Positions 39,031-54,857 of a stretch of 64,000 nucleotides of DNA are shown piece after piece. Source of the stretch: the human T2T-CHM13v2.0 reference genome, Homo sapiens; the NCBI RefSeq assembly GCF_009914755.1, contig NC_060928.1. One strand, 5' to 3'. The notes beneath the pieces were generated by a model. That model was not told where the DNA came from. It worked only from the letters and a program-made list of their open reading frames with translations, and ran no database searches. The translations under genes and the position numbers were made by a program. Positions within the stretch are counted from its first letter, which is position 1. Each line of letters begins with the position of its first letter.

Positions 39031-42000
39031 TCCCCCTCATATTTCCGTAGTCACACTCCATCATCTTGTTCTTTCAGTAATCCTGTAGCATTACCAGTAG
39101 CATCTTACCCTTGGTCCATTGGTTAAATCTTTACCTTTGACTTTTGACATTTGTTTGGCTATCTCCTCTTCCCTCAAGTCTTAATCTCAAAGAAGAAATG
39201 CAGAAGTACTACAACCACATCTTCTTTAACTCATATTTGGTATGAAATGTATAGCAGTAAGTACTTTGAAGCCTCTTTATGCACAATTCAATTTTCATTC
39301 CATAAACTTAGTCAATTAAAGAGAAAGAACTTTTGAAGGATGCAGGCATTAAGTATTCCTAAATTATAGACCCAAGGAACAGCTTCACGTACAGTCTTTC
39401 CTTAATGTATATTCTGTCTTTATCATTTCACAGATTTAAATTGATTGTCACATTTACCCATGACTTTGCCTCTTTGAGTTTTGCCTGCTGTAATTCTCTG
39501 TGTGGCAGGATACTTGTGAAGTGGTCTAGCAGGTCCATTGTTTAATGATTTTTTTATGTCAAAACCTGAGGCTTTAATTTAGTACTTTGGACCTCTGCAC
39601 TATAAAAGTATAAAGCGGTTCTGTTTATTGGTGACCTGGTCACAGTTAAATGAAGACTTAGAACATGCAATCTGGTAAAAAGCTTGAGGAGCCCATTAAC
39701 CTATATGTGTAGCCATTTATTCATTAATTTAGTTAGTTATGGTCTTCATTTGAGTAATGGTTCCATGGCATTTATCAGAGTTTAAAGAAATCTTTAAAGA
39801 TTTTTCTGTATGTTTTATATCTTTAAAAGATGCTATGTATATCTTTCTTAAAACCAACTTTATTTTTGAATTATAATGTACACACAGAATAATGCATATA
39901 TCACAAGAGTATAGGTCAGCAAATTATTATGACATGATCACACCCACGAAACCAGCACCCAGGTTAATAAATACAACTTTAGTGTACACCAAAACCTCCC
40001 ATTCTTGGTACCCTCATATTCCTTCCATAGATAACCAATCTCAAATATTCTTTTGCATGTATGTAATTTTTTAATGGCTTATTTTATTTTATTATAAATT
40101 GACAGATAAAATTGTATGTGTTTATCATGTACAACATGATGTTTTGAAGTATATATACACCGTGGAATGGCTAAATCTAGCTAATTAACATAGCATTATC
40201 TCACATAATTATCATTTTTGTGGGGAGACTATTTAATATTCACTCAGCATTTTTCGAGAATGCAACATATTGTTATTAACTCTAGTCCTCCAATAGACTG
40301 GATGCAATAGATCTCTTGTACTTATTCCTTCTGTGTGAAATTTTGTAACCTTTGACCAATATCTCTACAATTATCCATCCCCAACTATGCCAGTGCCTGG
40401 TAACCACCATTCTACTCTCTACTTTTATAAGTTCAACTTTTTTAGATTCCACATATATCTGAGATCATGTGCAATTTGCCTTACTGTGGCTGAGTTATTT
40501 CACTTGACATAATGTTCTCCAGATTCATCCATGTTGTAACAGATGAGAAGATTTTCTTCTTTTTAATGGATGAATAGTATTCCATTGTGTATATATATTT
40601 CACATTTTTTTATCCATTTATCCACTGATGGACACTTAGATTGATTCTGTATGTTGACTGTTATGAATAATGCTGCACTGAACAAGGGAGTGTAGATATC
40701 TCTTTGACATACTGATTTTATTTTCTTTGGCTATATACCCAGTAGTGAGATTGCTGGATCATATGGTAGTTGTATTTTTAATTTTTTGAGGAATCTTTAT
40801 ACCACTTACCATAATGGCTATGTTAATTTACATTTCCACCAATAATGTGCAAGTGTTCCTTTACTCCACATTCTCACAAACAATTATCTTTTGCCTAATA
40901 TTAGCCATTCTAGCAGGCATGAGGTGAACTCTTAATGTGGTTTTAATTTGCATTTCCCTAACAATCAACAATGTTGAACATTTAAAAAATGTAACTATTA
41001 GTCATTTTATGCCTTCTTTTGATAAATATCTGTTCATGACCTTTGTTCAGTTTTTAATGGAATTAAAAAAAATTGTTGAGTTTTTGGGTTCCTTGTATAT
41101 TCTGGAAATTCATCCCTTGTCAGATGGATAGTTTGCAAATATTTTCTCCCATTCAACAGGTTGTCCCCTCACTCTGTTGACAGTTTTTTGTCTTGTGCAG
41201 ATGTTTATTAATTCAATGTAACACCAGTTGTCTATTTTTCCTTTTGTTGCCTGTGCTTTCGGAGTCATATCCAAAAAATTATTGCCCAGACTGTTGTGGA
41301 GAATTTGCCTTATGTTTTCTGCTAGCAGCTTCATAGTTTTGTGTCCTATGTTTAGGTCTGTAATCCATTTTCAGTTGATTTTTGTATATGGTGTATGACA
41401 AGGGTTTAATTTTATTCAACATTTGGATATCCAGGTTTCCTAACATTGTTAATTGAAGAAACTGTGCTTTCCCCATTGTTTATTCTTGGCACGTTTGTTG
41501 AAAATATGTTGGCTGCAAATGTGTGGATTTATTTCTGGCCTCTGTATTCTGTTCCTTTGGTCTATGTATCAATTTACTTGCCTTTATGCCAGTACCATGC
41601 TGCTTTGGCTACTATAGCTTTGTAGCATAACTTGAAGTCAGGTAGTGTGATGCCTCTAGCTTTCTCCTTTTTGCTCAAGATTTATTTAGCTATTTGGGGT
41701 ACTTTGTCATTCCATATGAATTTTAGGATAACTTTTTAATTTCTGTGAAAAATATCATTGGTATTTTGATAGACAGTGAATTTAATTTGTATTTAGCTTT
41801 GACTAGTAGGGACATTTTATTAATATTCTTCTAATCTATGAACTCAGAATATCTGTTCATTTATTTGTGTTTTCTTCAATTTCTTTTGTGATTGTTCTAT
41901 GATTTTCAGTGTAGAGATCTTTTACTTCAATAAATTTATTTCCAGGTACTTTATTTTTGTAACTTATATAATTGAGATTGTTTTCTTGATTTCTTATTAA

Positions 42001-42161
42001 GATAGTTTAGTGTTAATATACAGTAATGTTACTAATTTTTGTATGTTGATTTTGTATTTCATAATTTTATCAAATTTATTTTTTGGTGCTAACATATTTT
42101 ATTAGAGTTTTTTAACAGCAATTTCAGCATGTAAGATTAAACTGCTTGCAAACAGAGACAA

Positions 42162-42536
42162 TGACATGGTTAGGCTTTGTGTCCCTATCCAAATCTCATC
42201 TTGAATTGTAAGCCTCATAATCCCTATAATCCCCCTGGTCAAGAAAGAGACCAGGTGGAGGTAATTTAATCATGGGGGCAGTTTCCCCCATGCTGTTTTT
42301 GTGATAGTGAGTGAGTTCTCACGAGATCTGATGGTTTTGTAAGGGACTCTTCCCTCTTCACTTGGGACTTTTCTTTCCTGTTGCCTTGTGAAGAAGGTGC
42401 CTTGCTTCTCTTTCACTTTCTGCCATGATTATAAGTTTCCTGAGGCCTCCCTAGCCATACTGAACTGTGAGTCAATCAAACCTCTCTCTCCTTTATAAAC
42501 CACTCTGTCTTAGGCAGAATCTTTATAGCAGTGTGA
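42162..42536 (+). mobile_element. THE1D-like solo LTR in L1MA, 5-bp TSD gacaa
   Basis: 'tgacatggttaggctttgtgtccctatccaaatctcatcttgaattgtaa...ctttatagcagtgtga'. gacaa occurs at 42157-61 and 42537-41. Confidence 0.9.
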
Positions 42537-45463
42537 GACAATTTAACTTCTTCCTTTCTGATTTGAATGCTTTTTATTTATTCGTTTCTCTTACCTAATT
42601 GTTATGGCTAGGATTTCCAGTACTATGTTGACTAGATGTGGTGAGAGTAGGCATCCTTGTCTTGTTCTAGATCTTAGAGGGACAGCCTTCATCTTTTCCT
42701 CGTTGAGTATGATTTTAGCTATGAGTTTGTGATATACGGCCTTTAGTGTTGAGATACATTTCTTCTATATCTAATTTGTTGAGAGTTTTTTATTATGAAA
42801 AGATGTTGAATTTGGTCAAATATTTTCTGCATCTATTGAAATGATAATATATTGTTTTCTTTCATTCTGTTAATGTGATATATCACATTTCTCCTTGGGA
42901 TGAATCTCAATCATGGTGAATCTTTTCAATGTGCTGTTGAATTTGATTTGCTAGTATATTGTTGAGGATTTTTGCATGTACTTGTATCAGAAATATTGGC
43001 CTATAGTTTATTTATTTATTTTTATTTTTTGGAATGTCCTAGTTTGGCTTTGATATCAGCATAATACTTGCCTAAAATGAGTTTGAAAGTATTTTCTTCA
43101 TTTTGAGTTTATTGGAAGAGATTTTTTTGGTGTGTGGGGCAGGTAGAATTGGTGTTAGTTCTTTAAAAGTTAGGTAGAATTCAGCAGTAAAGCTATCAGG
43201 TCTTGGGCTTTTGTATGATGAAATACTTTCTATTACTTATTCAATCTCCTTATTATTGGTCTGTTCAGATATTTTATTTTTTCATAATTCAATCTTTGCA
43301 AGTTGTATATGTCCAGGAATTCATTCATTTCTTCTTAGTTATCCAACTTTTTGGTATATAATTGTTGATAAGTATCTCTTATGACCATTTGTATTTCTCT
43401 TGTATCAATTGTAACATCTCCTTTTTCATACCTAATTTTATTTTAGTCCTCTTCTTTTTTTCCTTAGTCTAGCTAAAGGTTTGTTGATTTTATTTTTTCA
43501 ATAAACCAACTCAGTTTTGTTGATTTATTTTTGTCTCTATTTCATTTATTTCTGTTCTCATCTTTGTTAATTTTCTTCATTCTACTATCTTTGAGTTTAG
43601 TTTGTTCTTGTACATCTTGTTTCTTGAAGTGTAACATTAGGTTGTTTATTTGAGATCTTTCTTCTTTGACGTAGGTGTTTATTGCTATAAACTCCCTTTT
43701 TAGACTTGATTTTGCTGTATTCCGTTAAGTTTTGGTATGTAGTGTTTCCATTTTTCTTTGCCTCAAGATATTTTTAAGATTTTGTTTTAATTTCTTCATT
43801 CAACCGTTGATTTTTCAGGAATAATTTTTTAATTTTCCTGTTTTTGTAAATTTTTTGAAGTTTCTCCTGTTATTGGTTTCTAATTTTATATCATTGTAGT
43901 CAAGAAAGATACTTGATATGATTTTAATCTTCTTAAATTTCTTAAAACTTATTTTGTGGCCTAACATGTGATCTGTCCTGAAGACTGTTCCATGTGCAGT
44001 TGAAGAATGTGTATTCTGCAGCTTTTTAATGTTCTGTATGTGCCTGTTACATCTATTTTGTCTAGTGCGCAGTTTAAATACAATATTTTCTTATTGATTT
44101 TCTGTCTGGATAATCTGTCTATTGTTGAAAGCGGGATAGTGAAGTCTCCTACTATTATTGCATTGACATCTATATCTCCCTTCAAATCTATTAATATTTG
44201 CTTATATATTTAGATGCTCCAGTGTTATGTGCATATACATTTATAATATTTTTTGGTTTCCATTTTCATCAAAAATCTTTCAATATTTCTTTATCAGTCT
44301 TTATGTGCCCTTACAGGTGAAGAGAGACCTTTATTGGAGCATTTGGTTGGATCTTGTTTTTTTTGTGTTTTTTTTTTGTATCCATTCAGCTACTGTATCT
44401 TTTTATTGGAGAATTGAATCAATTTACATTAAAGATAATTATTGATAGATAATACTACTGCCATTTTGCAAGTTGTTTCCTGGTTATTTTATAGATCTTT
44501 TCTCTCTTTCTTTTCCTTCTGCTGTCTTCCTTTGTAGCTTAATGATTTTCTGTAGTGGTATTTTTTTTTTTTGCTTTTTACTTTCTTTTTCTTTTTGCTT
44601 TTTACTTTCTTATGTCTCTACTATGCTATGCTTTGTAGTTATCATGAGACTTATAAAAAACATCTTATTTTTATAACAAGTTATTTTAAACTGAAAACAA
44701 TTTAACTTTCATCACAGAAAACCTCTCCAATTTTACTCCACAATGTGCCCCCCCATATTTTGAATTTTTGATGTTTCAGTTTGTCTTTTTATACTGCATA
44801 TCCCTTAAAAATTATGGTAGCTTTTATGAATTTCAATAGCTTTGAATTTTAACCTTCATATGAAAGATATAAGTGATGTACAAATCACCATTACGGTATT
44901 AGAATATCTGAATTTCATGTATACTTTTACCAGTGAGTTTTATACTTTCAGATGTCTTTGTGTTACTCATTAGTGTTCTTTTCTTTTAGCTTGAAGAACT
45001 TTGTCATTTCTTGTAAGACAGATCTGGTGGTGATGAACTTTCTCAGCTTTTGTGCATCTGGGAAAGTCCGTCTTCACCTCTGAAGGACAGTTTTGCTGGC
45101 TATAGTATTCTTGGTTGACAGTTTTATTTTTTCTCTTCAGTACTTTTAATGTATCATCCCCACTCTCTCCTTGTCTTATGGTTTCTGCTAGGAAATCTGC
45201 TGCTAGCCATGTTGGAACTTCTGTATGTGTTATTTGCTTATTTTCTTTTGCTTTCGGGATCTTCTCTTTATCTTTGATTTTTGACAGTTTGATTATATTA
45301 TGTTTTGGAATACTCTTGTTTGGATTATATAATATATGAATGCAGAGCAGATATTTGACCTCCCTGTGTCTAGATATTTATATCTTTCTTCATATTTGGA
45401 AAGTGTTCTGCTATTATTGCTTTAAAGAGGCTTTCCACCCCTTTGTCTTTCTTTCTCCTTCTT

Positions 45464-47121
<1,658 letters not shown>

Positions 47122-47216
47122 CTATTTTAATGCTCTGCCATAAATCCTGTTAACTTTTTAAAATTCTTTTTTATTCTTTTTTCTTTTTTCTCCTCTAAGT
47201 GTATATTTTCAAGTAA

Positions 47217-47639
<423 letters not shown>

Positions 47640-48729
47640 TGATATAAAAACATTTAATCTCTTTTTAAAATTTCTTTCTTGTCACTTTTTATTTTTCTCA
47701 TTTCATTAAATTGTTTATCTGTATTTTCTTGAAGTTCACTGAGATTCCTTAAAACAGTTATTTTGAATCTTCATCCGGCAGTTCATCTATCTTCATTTCA
47801 TTAGCATCAGTCACTGGCACTTTATTTTGTCTCTTTGGTAATGTCATGTTTTTCTGACTGTTCTTGATCCTTGTGGACATGTGTCAATGTCTGTGCATTT
47901 GAAAAAGTAGATACCTATTCTAGTCTTCTAGACTGGCCTTGTCTGAATTAGCCCTTCAACAGTCAGCTCCTTCAGAGATTCTTGGCAGGCAGTCTGGCAG
48001 AGTCCTGAAGCCTTGGGTCACTGAGGCTGGCACAGTTCTGGGACAGGCTAGAAGCCTGGGGGCTGCTGGGACTGGCTTGGTGCTGGGGTGGACCTGAAGC
48101 CTGGGATTGCTGTAGTTGGTGGAACACTGGAGCAGACCAGAAACTCAGAACTGCTGAGGCCTGCCTGTTGATGAGAGTTGTCCAGAATCTGGGGCTGCTG
48201 AAGTTGGCCTGACAGTGGTGTGGACTGGATATCAATTCTGCCTCATAGGCCAAACGCTTGGGACTGTGGGACCCTGCCTGGTGCTGAAGTGGGTCTGGAG
48301 GCTCAGTCTACATGTACCAGCCTGGAGTCTGAGGCTGAGGGAGGCTACCTGATTCTAATATTTAGTATGATGGGCCTGAGGTTGGGGTCCAAGGCAAAGT
48401 CTTATGATCACTTCCCTTCCTTAATCCTAAGTGTATGATACCTCACTCAGCACTCTGTTGGCTGGGGTTCAAGGAGGGGTGACATGGATAATATAAACTC
48501 TTTCTTCTTACTGTCTTCAATGCATGTTTTCTGGTTCCCTTAGTTCTTCTGAAGGTATTTTCATGCCTGGATAATTGTTCAAATTGATATTTCTGTGAGG
48601 CGGCAATCACCGGAAAGTCCTCTTCTGCCATGTTGCTTCACTCTTCTCTCCTATATTTAAAATTAAATGTAAACCACTAACCATTCTTAATTTGATTGAA
48701 GAAAAAATGTATAATCTGTGTTTTTTATT

Positions 48730-48797
48730 TGAATTTAAAGATATAACCTGCAACATGTTTTTTCTAAATATGAATTTAAAGGTATAACCTGTAACAT
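48730..48797. repeat. Local tandem duplication, period 41 bp
   Basis: tgaatttaaagatataacctgcaacat (48730-56) versus tgaatttaaaggtataacctgtaacat (48771-97), 25/27 identical. Confidence 0.85.
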
Positions 48798-50404
48798 TTT
48801 TTCAAGGATTTTTTCTGAATCCTGGAAAATACATAAAAGTAAATTAATCTGCTATTCTGTAGGTAGGTGAAAGTTAATAAACATTTTAATAAGCATCTAT
48901 TTCTAATGGAACTTGCAGTCAGTATCTTAGTAAAGAAGAGCTTTAGTTGATAATAAACGCTCTATTTCTGTTTTTATGAGCATAGAGATTTAGTATTCTC
49001 TCAACCACCAGACACCTTTCACAATAGAAAAACTATATTAAATATATTAAAAATAAATAAAAATAGAAGAAATCATTTGTGATGTACATTTTTTAGAGTG
49101 CGATTAAAAGAATGTCTTAAATATGTAGGTTATAAACAAAGTTTCAAATCTAGGTTTCCTTTTAGAAAAGAAAGAATTGGGAGAGCCAATTTTAAATTGA
49201 TTATCAAAAAGTTAAAACAAATACAATAACTATTTTGCTATTCGTTGTCTAATCCTGAAGCAAACATTTATCTTATTCATTTATAGCTTGACTTGAAAAA
49301 AATAAAGGGAAAATGCATATATTTTCTCTGAGAGTTTCTGGCCCTCAGGATTTATTTTCCATAAACATCTAGTTATTGCCATGATGTTATATATGATTAC
49401 AACTGAGCAAACATCTCACCCAGGGATTTGAGAATGTAAATAGCTCCTGAGCCAAGTTGCAGGCTTCCTTATGCTCAGGTAGGTTTATAATACATTGTGT
49501 TGTGGTTTTGTTTTGTTTTTAATCACTTCTTAGACTCCCAGTTTGGTTGAACATAGCCCAAGAAGCCTCTCTTTCCAAAACACAAAAATTAAGCTAAAGA
49601 CCTGACCATATGTTTGGTCCTGATGGTGCTTATTTTCTGGGTTAGATTCAAAGAATAAATAAAATGAATGAAATGAAGCAAACCATCTCTCCAGCAGTAA
49701 GACTTAAAATGCTGAAGTGAGGGGCTCATTGTGAGCTTTTTCTCTGAGTGTAACCTATGTCTGACTTGCAGGAAATTAACAAGGTTGAGTGGGCCCAGGG
49801 GCCAGTCAATTCTCATCCATTTCCTTTGACTTTCAGCACCTCTCTCTGACTCATGTTTCTCATCTGAAGTACTGGGGAGGATGGATTAGGATTCGTGGTT
49901 TCAAATTAATCTCTGTGGTGCCCTGGAGATTTCTTCAAGCTTTCTTTACGGAATATCTGATGGGTAGTGAGGGTGGGAGGAAGTTCAAGCTCTCTGCTGA
50001 ATGCCGATCTATACTTTTTACTTATACATTTTATTGTACTCCACGTATGGTTTCTCTTGAATGACTTATAATAAACAGAAAGATTTAGTTGAATAACTTA
50101 GGGGAACTCTGAAACAAATGCCTAATGTTATTTTCAGGAATTTTATCTTATTTGAGATTCTCTGGAACTCAGGTAATATTTCTAATTCAGGGTGGAGTGT
50201 GGTAGTCCTCTCTCATGTGGGACAAGTCTAGATATGTCTCCTTGTAGAGCCTCCAGGCTATCTTAAAATTAGTCCCCCTAAGCCTGGAAAGAAGAAGCCA
50301 AACAGTCACCGAACAAACATTGAGTACCTTCTGTGCGATGTTCTAGAGGGTAAAAGATTTTTAAACACAGTCCCTGCCATCTAGGCTCAAAATTTAAGAG
50401 ATAT

Positions 50405-50409
<5 letters not shown>

Positions 50410-50450
<41 letters not shown>
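50410..50450. repeat. (TG)20 microsatellite
   Basis: Perfect dinucleotide run. Confidence 0.97.
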
Positions 50451-50452
<2 letters not shown>

Positions 50453-50618
50453 AGGGGGTAAGTGTTGTGGGTGTGAAAACATACTGCCTCACTACATACT
50501 ATGCTAGTTGTGCTAAGTGCTAAGTTAATGGTGAAAAAAAGATTTATTTAGAAGGAAGAGGAGAGAGAGACATACTTTGAACTGTGCTTTGAAAAATGAG
50601 TATGATTTCATAGTTTTC

Positions 50619-50636
50619 ATATATATATTATATATA

Positions 50637-50683
<47 letters not shown>
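50619..50683. repeat. Compound (TA)n(GA)n microsatellite at the Alu tail position
   Basis: Seen directly, adjacent to a - strand AluJ. Confidence 0.9.
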
Positions 50684-50685
<2 letters not shown>

Positions 50686-50944
50686 CTTGCTCTGTCATCC
50701 AGACTGAAGTGTGGTGGTGTGATCATAGCTTAGGGTGACTTCAAACTCCTGAGATCAAGTGATCCTCCTGCCTCAGCCTCCTGAGTAGCTAGGACCACAA
50801 AAGTGTGCATTACCATGCTCAGCTAATTTTATTTTTTGTAGAGACGGGGGTCTCACTATTTTGCCCAGGCTGGTCTTGAAATCTTGGCCTAAAGTGATTC
50901 TCCCACCTTAGCCTCCCAAAGTGTTAGGATCCACCACCTGGCCT
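50680..50944 (-). mobile_element. AluJ-like element
   Basis: 'gtgatcatagct...tcaaactcctgagatcaagtgatcctcctgcctcagcctcc...gtctcactattttgcccaggctgg'. Confidence 0.9.
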
Positions 50945-52507
50945 AAACAATAAGAAGATTTCAATAAGAAGTGGTGAAAATGTACCCTTAATTCCATGCC
51001 ACGTGTGTTCCTAGTATGAAAGATTTCTAGAGAGAACAAACCTTTGCTATACCTGACATATAACCATGTTGGATTTCCCTATGAGGTGTGGTTCAGTTCA
51101 GTTCTGGGAAAGATCTAGGTGATAAAATTCTAGATAAAATAATTCTAGGGATTCAATGAAGTTTTCTAAAGGAATTCCAGATCAATTTAGATCTCTACAA
51201 AACGTCAGAGACTAGGGAAGAAGTTTTTACTAGGCTTCTATGACACAGAACTCAACTCAAAGCAGATTGTAACCAATTTCCTTGCTATCTACCTTCTATT
51301 GTGGCTGCCAAATCAAAGACTAGATGGCATTAGAGTCTCCTAAGGGCAGGAGAATCCCTCCTTGCTCTTCTCATTGGGGTCCTCAGATGTCACACAGTTT
51401 CTGGAGTATCCTGTGTGCTAGAGCTTAAAATAACCTGATCCTGAGCTTCATTCTTCTGATTTTCTCTTGAGTGATTCAAGAGAAGTTATAAGAAGGTAAT
51501 CTGAAGGGGCTGGGTAGTGCAGAGTGCTACCTTGGCAGCAATGATACTTGCTGAGAATCCTGGCTTCATTCTGTCTATTATTGTGTTTTGTCCCTGGAGA
51601 AAATAGGCAAGACCTATATTTTCAGATTTTTATAATGCAAAATGAGGAATAAATCAATTTTCTTCTGTCACCATCTGAGAGCACTGATGCAGAGTGACAC
51701 CACATTTCCGTCATTTCTCAGGTAAAAGATATAATAAAAATAAAAATATCATCTATTCTGAAGACTGCCAAGTTCAGCTTACTCTTTCTGTTGGGGTAGA
51801 GCAGAAGTCAGATTAAAGGGAAATTATTCACAAAAAATAACCTTTCAAGGTTTCCTTTTTCCTAGGTTCAAAAACACATATTTCAGAACACACTATAATT
51901 CATACTGTATTATTAGGAAATTGGAATAAAAGTAGAATTAAATGTTCAGTTATAAGTATATTTTTCCTTTGTAGAATAAACCTTGGTGAATTTTCTTTAA
52001 CTCTTTATTATTAAATAATTTAGTATTTTGAAGTGGCTAATGAATGGATGAATGAGAACCTATAATATGGTGTGCTGGCTGGTCCCTTTGGAAAATTTTG
52101 TAGCCATATAAGCTGTGGTCTTTGCCACCACAAACTTGTACTGCGACTGAGAAAATGAGGCAAGTGTATATATGGAATGCCAGTATGCAATATAGTTTTT
52201 TTCAGACTATAAGTCATATATTATCAGAGGATAAGAAGATCAATAAGAAAGTTATCAAGAAAGGCTTCTTGGAGCAAGTAAAATTTCTCTCTATTATAAT
52301 CATCTCTCCATATATAACAGGCAAAAATTTTCTGACTGGGTGACCTTAAACACTTCAACTTTCACATGTATAAAAGGGGATCACCCACAGGCTGTTCTCT
52401 GTTACATGAAGCTAGTTGCCTTTGCTTATAGGCCTCCAGAGCTAGACTGTGGTGGAAGAAGATATCAGGAAACACACTTTCTATAATTTCCTCTTTTATA
52501 TCGCTTA

Positions 52508-52836
52508 TATATTACTCAACTAGGACGGGTATAACAAAATGCCATAGACTGGGTGGCTTAAATAATAGTTTTGGAGGCTGAAAGTCCAAGATCAAAGTTT
52601 TGGAAGATTTGGTTTCTCCTGAGGCCTCTCTTCTTGACTTGCAGGTGGCTGCCTTCTTGGGGTGTCCTCACGTGGCCTTTTCTCTCTTCCTATTGTCTCT
52701 TCTTCATCTAATATGGACACTAATCCTATTGGATTAGGTCCTTACTCTTCTGGCCTCATTTAGCCTTAATTACCTCCTTAAAAGCCCTATCTTCAAATAT
52801 AGTTACATTGAGTGTTAGGGCTTAAACATATGAACT
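52508..52836 (-). mobile_element. MLT1B-type MaLR LTR
   Basis: 'ataacaaaatgccatagactgggtggctta...aagtccaagatcaa...ttaattacctccttaaaagccctatct'. Confidence 0.85.
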
Positions 52837-53533
52837 TTAATTTATTTAAATTTAATTTATTTTAATTCATACCAGCTTATAACAATGCAAAATCTTCCAT
52901 ATAATTTCCATTTAAATTTACTTCTCCCTCTATGCTGTTGAGCTCCTATGAGCTACCTGTATCTTATCCTGCAATAACTGGGTGTAGAACTTCATTGTCT
53001 TTCACTGTCAATCCACTTACATCAAGCATATCAGGGTTTGATTATACACAGAAGGGTCACATTATGTACTACTTAGCTTGATTTCTTCTTGGAGATGCAA
53101 TCCCCATTCCTTTCTGATCTCACTTTCTATATCTAGAGCAATAAACAAGTGTTTCTTCTTTCTCTTAGAAAAGTTCCACCAATACCTAAGTCTCTTATGG
53201 TATTATCTCCTATCTGCAAGCACCTCTCAAGTAATTTTTTTTCTGCTAAATATGGGGTTCTTCTTAAACTCTGAAGGAAGGTATTAATATATTATCATTT
53301 TCCATATTTATATGTATGATTTATAAATATTTCCAAGGTTGTGAAAAGTTTTTATTTAATAATTGAAGAAAGTTGCTTGAAAAACTTTAATAGCTTCCAG
53401 TTGAGCATAGTATATAGCAGTTCTAAGATTTTTCTGCCTTTTTTGTTTCAGGAATCAATTCTGTTTTGGTCTTTATTGTTTGCTGTTCTTGCTTTTGTAG
53501 AATACTTTTGATGTTCATTGTGCAACTTCTTGA

Positions 53534-53822
<289 letters not shown>

Positions 53823-53829
53823 TAGTTCA

Positions 53830-54780
53830 TTTATTTTTATGTTTTCCTAAGGAATCAAAACTAGGCATGAATTTATCTCTAAAAATTATTTTCATAGTAT
53901 ATTTAAATTTAATTTGTAACATCCTAATTTTTATTATAGTTAGAGTTGGTAATTTTAAGTTTTCCCTCATTGACCTAATACTTCTTTGGAGATTTTATCA
54001 ATTTCCAAGAAACTAAATGTTTTTGTTTTATATTTTGCTACTTATTTCTACTTTTATTGCATTGTCATTAGACACTATGACCCATAATATGCCTATTAAT
54101 TGGAATTTATTGATATTTTCTTTGTAGTCTAATATATGATAATTTTTGTAAAATGTTCATGGCTCTTTGGAAAGAATATGTAGTCTCCTTTTTACATATA
54201 TATATGCATATATGCGTACATAAATGCCACACAGTTGTTAAATTACATCATAATTATTCCATTCAAATATTATGTATTTTAATCTACTTTTTCATCAAAT
54301 ACATATGGTAAGCTCTTAGTAATCTATTATATTTTAGTTTTTATCAATTTGTCTTCATATATTTAAATATGAGAGATATATTTGTGGAAGGTCTATATTA
54401 TGATTTAATCTTTTATTCTTGTAACATAATTATCTTTGTTTAGTTAATGCATTTGACTTGGATTCTTCCTCGTTGTAAATGAATACTCAGATGGCCCACT
54501 TCACAGCTGCCAGTATTTTATTTATGCATTTTGTTTTATTTTGCCTTATATTTCTTTGTTCATTTGTTAAATTGTTTTTCTTTTCTTGTTAATTTTGGTT
54601 TGTCTCTTTTGTAAACAAAAACATAATTGGATTTTATATATTTGGCAACATCTGTGAATCTTTATGCTTTAATAAATAGAACTTAACCCATTTATATTTA
54701 TTGTCTTAAACAAAATTTTTTTCTTACCATTCTTATGCCATTTTGTGCTTTGTGTTTTTCAAGTTTTTAAAATTTTATTT
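53830..54780 (-). mobile_element. Very old L1ME-type ORF2 remnant (host of the AluYa5)
   Basis: T-rich decayed ORF2 antisense, e.g. 'aatttttgtaaaatgttcatggctctttggaaagaatatgtagtctc'. Confidence 0.5.
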
Positions 54781-54786
54781 TTTATT

Positions 54787-54824
54787 ATACATATATATCT
54801 ATATATACCTCTTGCTCTCTCTCT

Positions 54825-54856
<32 letters not shown>

Positions 54857-54857
54857 C
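54787..54857. repeat. Mixed (TA)/(CT)/(CA) microsatellite
   Basis: Seen directly. Confidence 0.8.
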
